A program made the translations under genes and the position numbers. A model generated the notes under the pieces. The model worked only from the letters and a program-made list of their open reading frames with translations. It had not been told where the DNA came from and ran no database searches. Below are positions 8,385 to 17,200 of a DNA stretch of 64,000 nt, in pieces. Positions within the stretch are counted from its first letter, which is position 1; each line of letters begins with the position of its first letter. This DNA is from an uncultured Acidobacteriota bacterium (GTDB lineage: Bacteria > Acidobacteriota > Vicinamibacteria > Fen-336), in the NCBI GenBank assembly GCA_963720545.1, contig OY970399.1, positions 2,208,001-2,272,000 on the forward strand. Direction: 5' to 3'.

Positions 8385-9161
8385 ATGCCGATGACGCTGG
8401 CTGCGGCGCTCTTCGGCCCATCGCCCAGGCTGTTGCGCGGCCTGCGCCGCCTGGTCGTCGATCCGCTGCTCGCCGCCACATTTCCCACCGACTGCGCCGC
8501 GTGCCGGCAGCCGCTCGACGCTCCGAGCCGCGGGGTCCTGTGCGCTTCGTGCATCGGCGCCATCGAGCGGTTCGAGCCGCCCGCGTGCGCGTGCGGTGCC
8601 AGCGTCAGGGGCCAGTCGCTCGCCGCGGCCCAGCGCTGCGGCCGCTGCCGGCGTGGGCTCTCCTGGTGGCAGCAGGGTGCATCGCTCGGCCCGTTCGACG
8701 GCGTGCTGCGCCTCGCGATCCATGCGCTCAAGTACACCGGCAAGGAAGGCATCGCGCGCACTCTCGCTTGCGAGCTTGGCAAGTCCGAAGCAGCGGCAGC
8801 GGTGCTGCGCGGCGCCACCGGCCTGGTGGCGATGCCGCTGCACCGCAGCCGGCAGAAGGAGCGCGGCTTCAACCAGTCGGAACTGCTGGCGCGCGCGCTC
8901 GGCGCCATGGGCAAGCTGCCGCAAGCGCGCGTGCTGCGCCGCTGCCGCGCGACCGTGCCGCAAACCGGCCTCAGTGCCGCGGCCCGGCGCCGCAACGTCG
9001 CCGGCGCATTCGCGGCGTTGCGGCCGATCGGCGCGGCGGAACGGCTGGTGCTGGTCGACGACGTGATGACCACCGGCGCGACACTCGCGGCGGCGATCGC
9101 GGCGCTGCGCGCCGCCGGTGCTCGTGACGTCCGGGTTTTGACGCTGGCCCGCGTGGCCTAA
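8385..9161 (+). CDS. comF: ComF family protein (double zinc ribbon + phosphoribosyltransferase)
   Basis: CxxC motifs, RGFNQSELLA, LVDDVMTTGATL. Confidence 0.85.
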   Translation: MPMTLAAALFGPSPRLLRGLRRLVVDPLLAATFPTDCAACRQPLDAPSRGVLCASCIGAIERFEPPACACGASVRGQSLAAAQRCGRCRRGLSWWQQGASLGPFDGVLRLAIHALKYTGKEGIARTLACELGKSEAAAAVLRGATGLVAMPLHRSRQKERGFNQSELLARALGAMGKLPQARVLRRCRATVPQTGLSAAARRRNVAGAFAALRPIGAAERLVLVDDVMTTGATLAAAIAALRAAGARDVRVLTLARVA

Positions 9162-9182
9162 CGAAAGAAAGCGAGTCCGCTG

Positions 9183-9995
9183 GTGCTTACGAGCCGCCGT
9201 GTTGCCCTGCTGCTGTGCGCCGCTTTTGTCTGCGCACCGTCCGTCGCGCACGCCTGGAGCCAGAGCGTCCATCAGGAGGTCCTGGCGCGCACCATCGACA
9301 CACTGCCGTCGGGGCTGAAATCCTTCTATAAGGCGCACAAGGCGGAGTTGCCGTCGCTCGCACCCGATTCGGAGCCGGCCGAGGAAAGCGCCGACGAGCG
9401 CTTCATGATCGACATGTTCGAACCGTTCCCGTTCGACAACGTGCCGTACACCGAAGCCGGGATCAAGGCGAAGTATCCCGAACAGGCGGCGCGCGCCGGC
9501 CGCCTGCCGTGGCTGATCCAGGAGTGCTACTTGCGCCTGGTCCAGGCCTTCCGTAGCGGCGACAAGGAAAAGATCCTCGCCGAGTCGGACACCATGGCGC
9601 GGCTTGCCGCGAACCTGCGCAACCCCCTGGCGCTGTCCCAGAACTTCGACGGCGACAAGACCCGGCAGGGTGGCCTGTGGGCGCGCTTCACCGCGCGGCT
9701 GCCCGAGGCGAACGAAGGCAGGATCAAGTGGCGGCTCGACGACGCGCACCTCATCGAGGTGCCGAAGGAGCACTCGTTCGCGGTGCTGCGCTCGGTGTAC
9801 GTCTGGCTCGACAACCTGCTCTACCTCGACGAGCTCGCGAAGCGCGGCAACAACACCTACTCGGAGAGCTTCTACGAGCAGTTCGGGCTGCGCGCCGGCG
9901 AGATCCTCGGCATGATGTTGAGCGCCGCGGTCGGCGATGCCGGCAGCTACTGGTACACGGCGTGGAGCGAAGCGGGCCGCCCGGCCCTGAAGTAG
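9183..9995 (+). CDS. exported S1/P1 nuclease / zinc phospholipase C-fold protein, apparently degenerate
   Basis: Signal peptide ending AHA|W; mature N-terminus WxxxxH; GRLPW, NPL...NFDG, SYWYTAW resemble the family; most metal ligands missing. Confidence 0.65.
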   Translation: MLTSRRVALLLCAAFVCAPSVAHAWSQSVHQEVLARTIDTLPSGLKSFYKAHKAELPSLAPDSEPAEESADERFMIDMFEPFPFDNVPYTEAGIKAKYPEQAARAGRLPWLIQECYLRLVQAFRSGDKEKILAESDTMARLAANLRNPLALSQNFDGDKTRQGGLWARFTARLPEANEGRIKWRLDDAHLIEVPKEHSFAVLRSVYVWLDNLLYLDELAKRGNNTYSESFYEQFGLRAGEILGMMLSAAVGDAGSYWYTAWSEAGRPALK

Positions 9996-9997
9996 TT

Positions 9998-10027
9998 TTG
10001 ACGCAGTCTCGTGCAACCACGTACGAT
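9998..10027 (+). promoter_or_regulatory. putative sigma70 promoter of the ECF sigma operon
   Basis: TTGACG-18 nt-TACGAT immediately upstream of ATG 10040. Confidence 0.5.
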
Positions 10028-10039
10028 CGTTCGGTGACG

Positions 10040-10663
10040 ATGTCCCGCGCCGCCACGCTTCCCCGGACGGCGCCGGCGCCGACCGCGGACGACATCGCGC
10101 TCATCGAGGGCTGCCTGCGCCAGGAGCCCGCCGCCTGGGAGAAGATCGTCGCGCGCCACAAGCGCCGCGTCTTCAACATCGCCTTCAAGTTCACCGCGCG
10201 CCACGACCAGGCCGAGGACCTGACCCAGGAAATCTTCCTCAAGGTGTTCCGCGCCCTCGACCGCTTCAACCGCGAGGCCGATTTCGGCACCTGGCTGTCG
10301 TCGGTGGCGCGCAACTACTGCATCGACCACTACCGCTCGCGGCGCCGCGAACGCGAGGTGCTGAGCCCCGACACCACCGCCATCGACCTGGCCGCCGACC
10401 CGAGCGTCAACCCGCAGCGCGGCCTCGAGGACGACGACCGCCGCTCGCTGCTGCGCGAGGGCCTCGAGAAGCTGGCGCCCAAGCTGCGCGAGGCGGTGGT
10501 GCTGCGCGACCTGCAGGAGATGAGCTACCAGGAAATGGCGCGGCGCCTGCGCCTTCCCGAAGGCACCGTTAAGAGCCGCATCAACCGCGGCCGCGAAGAG
10601 CTGGGCCGGCTGCTGCGCCGTACGCGGCAGCCGCGGCGCCGGCGCGGCAGCGCAGCGAGGTGA
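10040..10663 (+). CDS. ECF RNA polymerase sigma factor
   Basis: Region 2 AEDLTQEIFLKVF..F.TWL..VARNYCIDH; region 4 LRDLQEMSYQEMA..L..PEGTVKSRINRGR. Confidence 0.92.
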   Translation: MSRAATLPRTAPAPTADDIALIEGCLRQEPAAWEKIVARHKRRVFNIAFKFTARHDQAEDLTQEIFLKVFRALDRFNREADFGTWLSSVARNYCIDHYRSRRREREVLSPDTTAIDLAADPSVNPQRGLEDDDRRSLLREGLEKLAPKLREAVVLRDLQEMSYQEMARRLRLPEGTVKSRINRGREELGRLLRRTRQPRRRRGSAAR

Positions 10664-10667
10664 AGAC

Positions 10668-11009
10668 ATGCGCATGAGTGTTGATGAAAAAGACGGCGTG
10701 ACGATCGTCCGGATCGGCGAGTCGAAGCTCACCTATCCGATCCTGTCGTCCTTCTTCAGCGAGATCCAGGGGCTGGTCGCGAAGGGCACGCGCAAGCTGC
10801 TCATCGACTTCGCGGCGGTCAGCTACATCGACAGCGCCTCGATCGGCTGCGTGATGGACATCCATCGCCTGCTGGGCGAGCAGGGCGGCGCGCTCAAGCT
10901 GGTGTCGCCGCAGCCGCGGGTGGAGACGCTGCTGTCGATGACCGGCGTGCACAAGATCGTCGACATCCACCGCGACGAGGCCGAGGCGCTCGCGGGCCTG
11001 CGCCAATGA
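10668..11009 (+). CDS. STAS-domain anti-sigma-factor antagonist
   Basis: LLIDFAAVSYIDSASIG motif with the phosphoacceptor Ser; 113 aa. Confidence 0.88.
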   Translation: MRMSVDEKDGVTIVRIGESKLTYPILSSFFSEIQGLVAKGTRKLLIDFAAVSYIDSASIGCVMDIHRLLGEQGGALKLVSPQPRVETLLSMTGVHKIVDIHRDEAEALAGLRQ

Positions 11010-11323
11010 CCCGCGCCCGCCTGAAGACCGGCGCCCGGCTCGAGCTCGACGGCGACTTGCTGTCGCTGGTCGAGGCGCTGTACCGCGAAGTGGCGCTGCG
11101 TGCCGAGCTCAAGGGCTCGTTCGAGGACGTCATGGCCGAGATCCGCGGCGTCGTCGAACAGATGAGCGGCGACGACCGCCGCAACTACCTGGTCGAGAGC
11201 CTGTTCCTCAACTACGTCACCTACGAGAACGAGATGCTCGACGCTTACATGCGCAAGCTGCAGGGCGGCGCGCGCCCGGCGCGCAAGAAGTCCACCGCGC
11301 GGGTGCCGGCACGCCGGTCATGA
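11006..11323 (+). CDS. hypothetical helical protein
   Basis: ATGA overlaps with both neighbours; strong GC3 codon bias; no motif recognised. Confidence 0.75.
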   Translation: MTRARLKTGARLELDGDLLSLVEALYREVALRAELKGSFEDVMAEIRGVVEQMSGDDRRNYLVESLFLNYVTYENEMLDAYMRKLQGGARPARKKSTARVPARRS

Positions 11324-11730
11324 AGTCCCTGCTGGCATTAGCGGCACTGCTCGCGCTTTTCGCTGCCGTTGCGCATGCGCAGCCGCAGGACCAGGGTGCC
11401 GCGCCGCGCCTGGTGGTCGAGCCTGAGAGTTTCGACTTCGGCAAGGTGCGCCCGTCGCAGCGTGTCGCCAAGGAGTTCCGCCTGCGCAACGGCGGCTCGG
11501 TGCCGCTGCGGATCGCGTCGGTGACCTCGACCTGCCAATGCACCGTGGCACCGCTCGACGAGCGGCACCGCGACCTCGCTCCCGGCGAGTCGACGCCGCT
11601 GCGCGTCACCATGACGACGGCTGCCGAACCCGGGCCGATGGCGCAGACGGTCGACATCATGCTGGCGGGCGAGAAGGAGCCGGGCGCGCAGATCGCCCTG
11701 CGGGCGACTGTGGTCGGGCGGCGGCGCTAG
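11320..11730 (+). CDS. exported DUF1573-like Ig-fold protein
   Basis: Signal peptide; FDFG...F.LRN.G..PL.I..V..TCQCT...LAPGES pattern. Confidence 0.8.
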   Translation: MKSLLALAALLALFAAVAHAQPQDQGAAPRLVVEPESFDFGKVRPSQRVAKEFRLRNGGSVPLRIASVTSTCQCTVAPLDERHRDLAPGESTPLRVTMTTAAEPGPMAQTVDIMLAGEKEPGAQIALRATVVGRRR

Positions 11731-11732
11731 CG

Positions 11733-12650
11733 TCAGGCGCGCTGCAGCGACGGGTCGAGGGACGGCAGCGGTGCGATGCCTGGCAGCTCGAAGGCGCGCG
11801 GCGATTCCGACTCGGTGAGCGTCCACGCCGACGAGGTGGCAAGCAGCTTGCGCGCCAGTGCCGCGTGCATCGCATGGCCGGCGCGGTCGGCCTCGAGGCG
11901 CCCGATGAGCGGGAAGCCGAGGAGCGCCAGGTCGCCGATCGCGTCGAGGATCTTGTGGCGCACGAACTCGTCCTCGAAGCGCAGGCGGTTGTTGAGCACG
12001 CCGGTCTCGCCGATGACGATGGCGTTCTCGAGGCTGCCGCCGAGCGCCAGGCCGCTCTTGCGCAGCGCCTCCACTTCGCGCATGAAGCCGAAGGTGCGCG
12101 CGGGTGCGATCAGGTCGACGTACGCCTGCGGCGTCACCGCGATGTCGAGCATCTGGTGGCGCAGCAGCGGGTGGTCGAAGCCGATCGTGTAGCGGATCTC
12201 GAGGCGCTCCGCGGGTACGAGCCGTGCGCTCTTGGCGCCGTGCACCACCTCGACGCTCTCCAGGACCTTGAGGAAGGTGCGCGGCACGTTGTGCACCTTG
12301 ACTGCGGCCTCATGGAGCAGGATGACGAACGGCGACGCGCTGCCGTCGAGCACCGGCACTTCGGGGCCATCGACTTCGATGAGCACGTCGTCGATGCCGA
12401 GCCCTGCCAGCGCGGAGAGCAGGTGCTCGACCGTGCCGATCGAGATGCCGTCGCGGCTCAGGGTCGTGGCATGATCGACGCGCGCGAGGTTGTCGTAACT
12501 CGCCGGTATTTCGACGTCCACATCGGTGCGATGGAAGCGGATGCCGAAACCCGCGGGTGCCGGCTTGATGTCGAGGCGCACTGTGCGCCCCGAATGGAGG
12601 CCGATGCCTGTGCAACCTACTGACCGGCGGAGAGTTCGGCGATGCTGCAC
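11733..12650 (-). CDS. lpxC: UDP-3-O-acyl-N-acetylglucosamine deacetylase
   Basis: GIGLHSG, TVEHLLSAL, EVPVLDGSA, ARTFGF, RHKILD.IGD. Confidence 0.97.
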   Translation of the reverse strand: MQHRRTLRRSVGCTGIGLHSGRTVRLDIKPAPAGFGIRFHRTDVDVEIPASYDNLARVDHATTLSRDGISIGTVEHLLSALAGLGIDDVLIEVDGPEVPVLDGSASPFVILLHEAAVKVHNVPRTFLKVLESVEVVHGAKSARLVPAERLEIRYTIGFDHPLLRHQMLDIAVTPQAYVDLIAPARTFGFMREVEALRKSGLALGGSLENAIVIGETGVLNNRLRFEDEFVRHKILDAIGDLALLGFPLIGRLEADRAGHAMHAALARKLLATSSAWTLTESESPRAFELPGIAPLPSLDPSLQRA

Positions 12651-12661
12651 GCCGCCCAGAG

Positions 12662-12677
12662 TGCAAGAAGCGAGCCA
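12662..12677 (-). promoter_or_regulatory. sigma54 -24/-12 promoter of lpxC
   Basis: Minus strand TGGCTCGCTTCTTGCA, one mismatch to TGGCACG-N4-TTGCW, exact spacing. Confidence 0.8.
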
Positions 12678-12690
12678 GGCAACGGGACCG

Positions 12691-12703
12691 TAACGCTTTG
12701 ATT
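12691..12703 (-). promoter_or_regulatory. IHF binding site
   Basis: AATCAAAGCGTTA is a perfect match to WATCAR-N4-TTR, lying between the sigma54 promoter and the putative enhancers. Confidence 0.7.
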
Positions 12704-12735
12704 CTATTGAGGATCGTCCCTTGGCCCAACCGGAT

Positions 12736-12777
12736 TGTGGTTATTCATGCACACTTGACTGTGGCCAGATAGCCACG
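12736..12777. promoter_or_regulatory. two tandem 18-bp dyad sites, putative upstream activator sequences for a sigma54 activator
   Basis: TGTGGTTATTCATGCACA (12736-12753) and TGTGGCCAGATAGCCACG (12760-12777). Confidence 0.6.
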
Positions 12778-12787
12778 TTGCTCACGG

Positions 12788-14002
12788 TCAGTAGTCGGCG
12801 TTTGCCCCTGCAAAGACGCGGGCGGCGCCAGTCGCGAGAATGTCCACGATGGCATCGACGGCGGCGTCCAGCTCGGCGTCGGTCGTATAGAAATGCGGCG
12901 ACAACCGGATGCCGGCCCCGGGCCGGAAATCGACGAGGATCTCGCGCCGCAGGAGTTCGCGCGTGACGGCGGCGCCGTCGGGCACGTCGAGGATCACCAT
13001 GCCGCTGCGCTCTTCGTCCGCCTGCGGCGAGCGCACCAGAAGCCCGTGCTGCGCCGCACGCTCCATGAGGCGCCGCGTCTGGCGGCGCGACTTGCGCCTG
13101 ATCGCGGCGACGCCGATTGCTTCAACCGCCGCGTAGCCGGCGCGCGCCGCGTACAGGGCGGGCACCGACGGCGTGCCGTGCTGAAAGCGGGCGATGCCCT
13201 CGGCATAGTCGACGGCGCCCGGCTCGAAGGCGAAGGGCCGCGCGTGCGCCGCCCAGCCGGTCATCTGCGGGCGCAGCTGCGCGTGCAGCCGCGGCGCGAC
13301 ATACAGATAGCCGGCCCCGGGGCCGCCGCACAGCCACTTCACCGAGCCGCCGGTCGCAAAGTCGACATCCCACGCGGTGACGTCGACCGGCACCGAGCCC
13401 GCCGACTGGTAGATGTCGGCCACCACCAGCGCGCCGACCGCGTGCGCGCGCGCCACGATCGCCTGCATGTCCTGGATGAAGCCGCTGCGGAAGATCACGT
13501 GCGACACCGGCACCAGCAGCGTCTCCTCGTCGATCGCCGCGAGCAGCGCTTCGAGCGGCACCTTGATGCCGTCGGGCGACGGCACCACCGCGAGCCGCGC
13601 GCCGCTGCGGCGCAGCGCTTCGTAGACGTACATCACGGACGGGAAGTTGAGTGCGTCGTAGACGATCTTGTTGCGCCGCCCCTGCCACTCGAAACAGGAT
13701 GCGATGAGCGACTGCACCATCGAGACGTTCTGGTGCATGACGACCGAGCCGCGCGGCGCGCCGATGATGCGCCCGAGCGTGTCGCCGAGCGTTTGCGGCA
13801 GCTGCCACCAGCCCTCCGCCCAGGCGCGCACGCCCAGCCGCTCCCACGCGTCGAGGTATTCGCCCATCGCGGCGCGCGCGCTGCGCGGCATGGCGCCAAG
13901 CGAATGACTGACGAGGTAGTTCGTGTGCCCCAGGATCGCGAACTGCGCGCGCAGCGCCGCGAGCGAAGCACCATCTTCGAGATCGACTCCGGCCCTCGTC
14001 AC
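12788..14002 (-). CDS. kynureninase-like class V PLP-dependent enzyme
   Basis: YLVSHSLGAMP, NFPS, DIYQSAG, GGSVKWLCGGPG; GTG start after an AAGGGG RBS (start approximate). Confidence 0.8.
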   Translation of the reverse strand: MTRAGVDLEDGASLAALRAQFAILGHTNYLVSHSLGAMPRSARAAMGEYLDAWERLGVRAWAEGWWQLPQTLGDTLGRIIGAPRGSVVMHQNVSMVQSLIASCFEWQGRRNKIVYDALNFPSVMYVYEALRRSGARLAVVPSPDGIKVPLEALLAAIDEETLLVPVSHVIFRSGFIQDMQAIVARAHAVGALVVADIYQSAGSVPVDVTAWDVDFATGGSVKWLCGGPGAGYLYVAPRLHAQLRPQMTGWAAHARPFAFEPGAVDYAEGIARFQHGTPSVPALYAARAGYAAVEAIGVAAIRRKSRRQTRRLMERAAQHGLLVRSPQADEERSGMVILDVPDGAAVTRELLRREILVDFRPGAGIRLSPHFYTTDAELDAAVDAIVDILATGAARVFAGANADY

Positions 14003-14052
14003 GTCGGCTAAACCCCTTTCGGCGCTTGATCTTAACGGACGGAAAGGCGCCT

Positions 14053-14082
14053 TTGGCGCTTCGCGGCGCAGCACCGTACAAT
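14053..14082 (+). promoter_or_regulatory. putative sigma70 promoter of the TPR-glmU-glmS-pcrA operon
   Basis: TTGGCG-18 nt-TACAAT. Confidence 0.45.
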
Positions 14083-14120
14083 AAAGGGCTTTCTTCACAA
14101 GCGGAGCGACATCAAAGCCC

Positions 14121-14636
14121 ATGAGCGTCAAGACCAAGGCAGCGGCTCGTCAAACCACACCCGGAATCGAAGCGTTCGAGAAGGCCGTGAAAGCCTTCGG
14201 CAAGAAGGAGTTCGACAAGGCCTCGGGCCTGTTCGACGACATCCTCAAGTCGCACTCGCAGGAGCGCGACCTCGTCGACCGGGCGCGCGCGTACAAGTCG
14301 ATCTGCGAGCGTGCGGAGAAGAAGGCGGCGCCCAAGCCGAAGTCCTTCGACGAATGGCTGAACCAGGGCGTCTACCTGCACAACCGCGGCGAGTATCAGG
14401 AGGCGCTCGGCTCGTTCACCCAGGCCTCGGAGCTGCTCCCCAAGAACGACAGCGCGCTCTATTGCCTCGCGGCCGCGCAGGCGCGTCTCGGCAAGGACGA
14501 CGACGCCGTGAAGTCTTTGGCCTCGGCGGTGCGCATCGACGCGGCCAACCGCGCGCAGGCCCGCCACGACCCCGACTTCGACCACCTCCGGGACAGCGAC
14601 GCGTTCCTCGACGCGATCATGCCCGGCGAGGACTGA
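14121..14636 (+). CDS. cytoplasmic TPR protein
   Basis: TPR-like helices; C-terminal [18 protein letters not shown]. Confidence 0.8.
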   Translation: MSVKTKAAARQTTPGIEAFEKAVKAFGKKEFDKASGLFDDILKSHSQERDLVDRARAYKSICERAEKKAAPKPKSFDEWLNQGVYLHNRGEYQEALGSFTQASELLPKNDSALYCLAAAQARLGKDDDAVKSLASAVRIDAANRAQARHDPDFDHLRDSDAFLDAIMPGED

Positions 14637-14647
14637 GGCCCGGACCG

Positions 14648-15337
14648 ATGGGCGTTCCGGCACCGCTCCTCGAAAGGCTGGCGGCAGCGGGTGTCGTGAT
14701 CGAGGACCCGGACACCGTCATCGTCGGGCCGGACGTGCGCGTCGCGGCGGGCGCGACGCTGCGCGCCTTCACCATCCTCGAGGGCCGCAGCGTGGTCGCG
14801 AAGGACGCTGTCGTCGGCCCGTTCGTGCGGCTCGTCGACGCCGTGATCGGCGAAGGCGCGCGGGTGCTCGATCACTGCCTGCTGCTCGAATGCAGCGTCG
14901 GCAAGCGCGCCGCGATCGGTCCGTTCGCCCACATCCGCCCCGGCACGACGATCGGCGACGACGCCAAGGTGGGCAATTTCGTGGAGCTCAAGAAAACGGT
15001 GCTCGGCAATGGCTCGAAGGCGCCGCACCTCAGCTACCTGGGCGACGCGGTGATCGGCGAGAAGGTGAACATCGGCGCCGGCACCATCACCTGCAACTAC
15101 GACGGCTTCGTCAAGAGTGAAACCCGCATCGACGACTCGGCCTTCGTCGGCAGCAACTCGACGCTGGTGGCGCCGGTCACGATCGGCGCGCGCGCCTATG
15201 TCGCCGCCGGCAGCGCCATCACCGAAGACGTGCCCGCCGACGCATTGGCGCTCGGCCGCGCGCGCCAGGCGGTGAAGCCCGGGCGCGCGAGCGAACTGCG
15301 CGCCCGCGGCGCGCAGAAAAAAGCCGCGAAACACTAG
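14648..15337 (+). CDS. glmU: GlmU acetyltransferase (left-handed beta-helix) domain only; uridyltransferase domain absent
   Basis: [37 protein letters not shown]; only 229 aa; directly upstream of glmS. Confidence 0.85.
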   Translation: MGVPAPLLERLAAAGVVIEDPDTVIVGPDVRVAAGATLRAFTILEGRSVVAKDAVVGPFVRLVDAVIGEGARVLDHCLLLECSVGKRAAIGPFAHIRPGTTIGDDAKVGNFVELKKTVLGNGSKAPHLSYLGDAVIGEKVNIGAGTITCNYDGFVKSETRIDDSAFVGSNSTLVAPVTIGARAYVAAGSAITEDVPADALALGRARQAVKPGRASELRARGAQKKAAKH

Positions 15338-15355
15338 CGAAGGGCAGCGCTCACC

Positions 15356-17200
15356 ATGTGCGGAATCGTCGGCTACGTCGGATCGCGTGACGCCGTGCCG
15401 GTCATCGTCGAGGGCCTGCGGCGCCTCGAGTATCGCGGCTACGACTCCGCGGGCGTCGCGGTCGTCGACAACGGCGTTCTTTCGCGCCGCCGCTCGGCCG
15501 GCAAGCTCAAGAACCTCGAGGACGTGCTCGCGGCGGACCCGATCCGCGGCGCCTGGGGCCTCGGGCACACACGCTGGGCCACCCACGGCCGCCCCAGCGA
15601 GGAGAACGCGCACCCGCACCAGGACTGCCACGGCAACATCGTGGTGGTGCACAACGGCATCATCGAGAACTACCTGCCCCTGAAACAGCGGCTCGAGAGG
15701 GAAGGCCACCGCTTCGTCACGCAGACCGACACCGAAATCGTCGCGCACCTGGTCGAGTCGCTCTACAAGGGCTCGCTCGAAGACGCCGTGCGCGAGGCGA
15801 TTGGCGCGATGCAGGGCCTGTACGCGCTGGTGATCCTGCACAAGGACGAGCCGCAGAAGATCGTCGGCGTGCGCATGGGGCCGCCGCTCGTGGTCGGCAT
15901 CGGCGGTGACGCCGAGCACTTCCTCGCCTCCGACATACCGGCGCTTTTGCAGTACACCCGCGACTTCGTCTTCCTCGAGGACGGCGACGTCGTCACCATC
16001 CGGCCGGGCAGCGCCGAGGTGCAGACGGCAACCGGCGAGCCGACCGAACGCAAGCCGCAGCGCATCCTCTGGGATCCGGTGCAGGCCGAACGCGGCGGCT
16101 ACCGCCACTTCATGCTGAAGGAGATCCACGAGCAGCCGCGCGCGATGCGCGACACCCTCCTCGGCCGCATGGACCTCGAGGGCGGCGACGTCCACATCGA
16201 GGAGCTGGGTGCCGCGGAAGACGGCCTGCGCGCCGCGCAGCGCGTCACCTTCCTCGCCTGCGGCACCAGCTGGCACGCGGCACTCATCGGCAAGTTCCTG
16301 TTCGAGCAGGTGGCCGGCATTCCGTGCGAGGTGGACTACGGCAGCGAGTTCCGCTACCGCGAGCCGATCGTCTCGAAGACGACGCTCGCCGTCGCCATCA
16401 GCCAGAGCGGCGAAACCGCCGACACCCTCGCCGCCTTTCGCGAAGCGAAGAAGCGCGGCGCGCTCGGCATCGGCATCTGCAACGTGCAGGGGTCGATGCT
16501 GACGCGCGAGGCCGCCGGCACGCTGCTGACGCACGCCGGCCCGGAGATCGGGGTGGCCTCGACCAAGGCGTTCACCGCGCAGCTGGTGGCGCTGGCACTC
16601 CTGGCGCTGCGCCTCGGCCGGCTGCGCGGCACGCTGTCGCGGGAGCGCTGCCGTGAGCTGATGGAGGGGCTGGCGCGCATCCCGCACCAGATGGAGCAGA
16701 CGCTTGCGCTCGACCCGGCGATCGAGGCGATGTCGCGGAACTATTCGCAGGCGCGCGACTTCCTCTACCTGGGACGCGGCATCAACTACCCGATCGCGCT
16801 CGAGGGCGCCCTCAAGCTGAAGGAGATCTCGTACGTGCACGCCGAGGGGTACCCGGCCGGCGAGATGAAGCACGGGCCGATAGCGCTCATCGACGAGAAC
16901 CTGCCGGTGGTCGCGATCTGCCCGCCGGGCCGGGTGTACGACAAGATGCTGTCGAACGTCCAGGAAGTGAAGGCGCGCAGCGGCCGGATCGTGGCGCTGG
17001 TGGGCGAGGGCGACACCCACATCGGCGAGAGCATCGACCCCGCCACCGACGCGGTCCTCGAGGTGCCGCGCAGCGACGAGCTGTGGTCGCCGCTCCTCTA
17101 CGTGCTGCCGCTGCAGCTGCTGTCGTACCACATCGCGGTGCGCGCCGGCCGCGACGTCGACCAGCCGCGCAACCTGGCCAAGTCCGTCACGGTCGAGTGA
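15356..17200 (+). CDS. glmS: glutamine--fructose-6-phosphate transaminase
   Basis: MCGIVG, GHTRWATHG, PRNLAKSVTVE. Confidence 0.98.
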   Translation: MCGIVGYVGSRDAVPVIVEGLRRLEYRGYDSAGVAVVDNGVLSRRRSAGKLKNLEDVLAADPIRGAWGLGHTRWATHGRPSEENAHPHQDCHGNIVVVHNGIIENYLPLKQRLEREGHRFVTQTDTEIVAHLVESLYKGSLEDAVREAIGAMQGLYALVILHKDEPQKIVGVRMGPPLVVGIGGDAEHFLASDIPALLQYTRDFVFLEDGDVVTIRPGSAEVQTATGEPTERKPQRILWDPVQAERGGYRHFMLKEIHEQPRAMRDTLLGRMDLEGGDVHIEELGAAEDGLRAAQRVTFLACGTSWHAALIGKFLFEQVAGIPCEVDYGSEFRYREPIVSKTTLAVAISQSGETADTLAAFREAKKRGALGIGICNVQGSMLTREAAGTLLTHAGPEIGVASTKAFTAQLVALALLALRLGRLRGTLSRERCRELMEGLARIPHQMEQTLALDPAIEAMSRNYSQARDFLYLGRGINYPIALEGALKLKEISYVHAEGYPAGEMKHGPIALIDENLPVVAICPPGRVYDKMLSNVQEVKARSGRIVALVGEGDTHIGESIDPATDAVLEVPRSDELWSPLLYVLPLQLLSYHIAVRAGRDVDQPRNLAKSVTVE

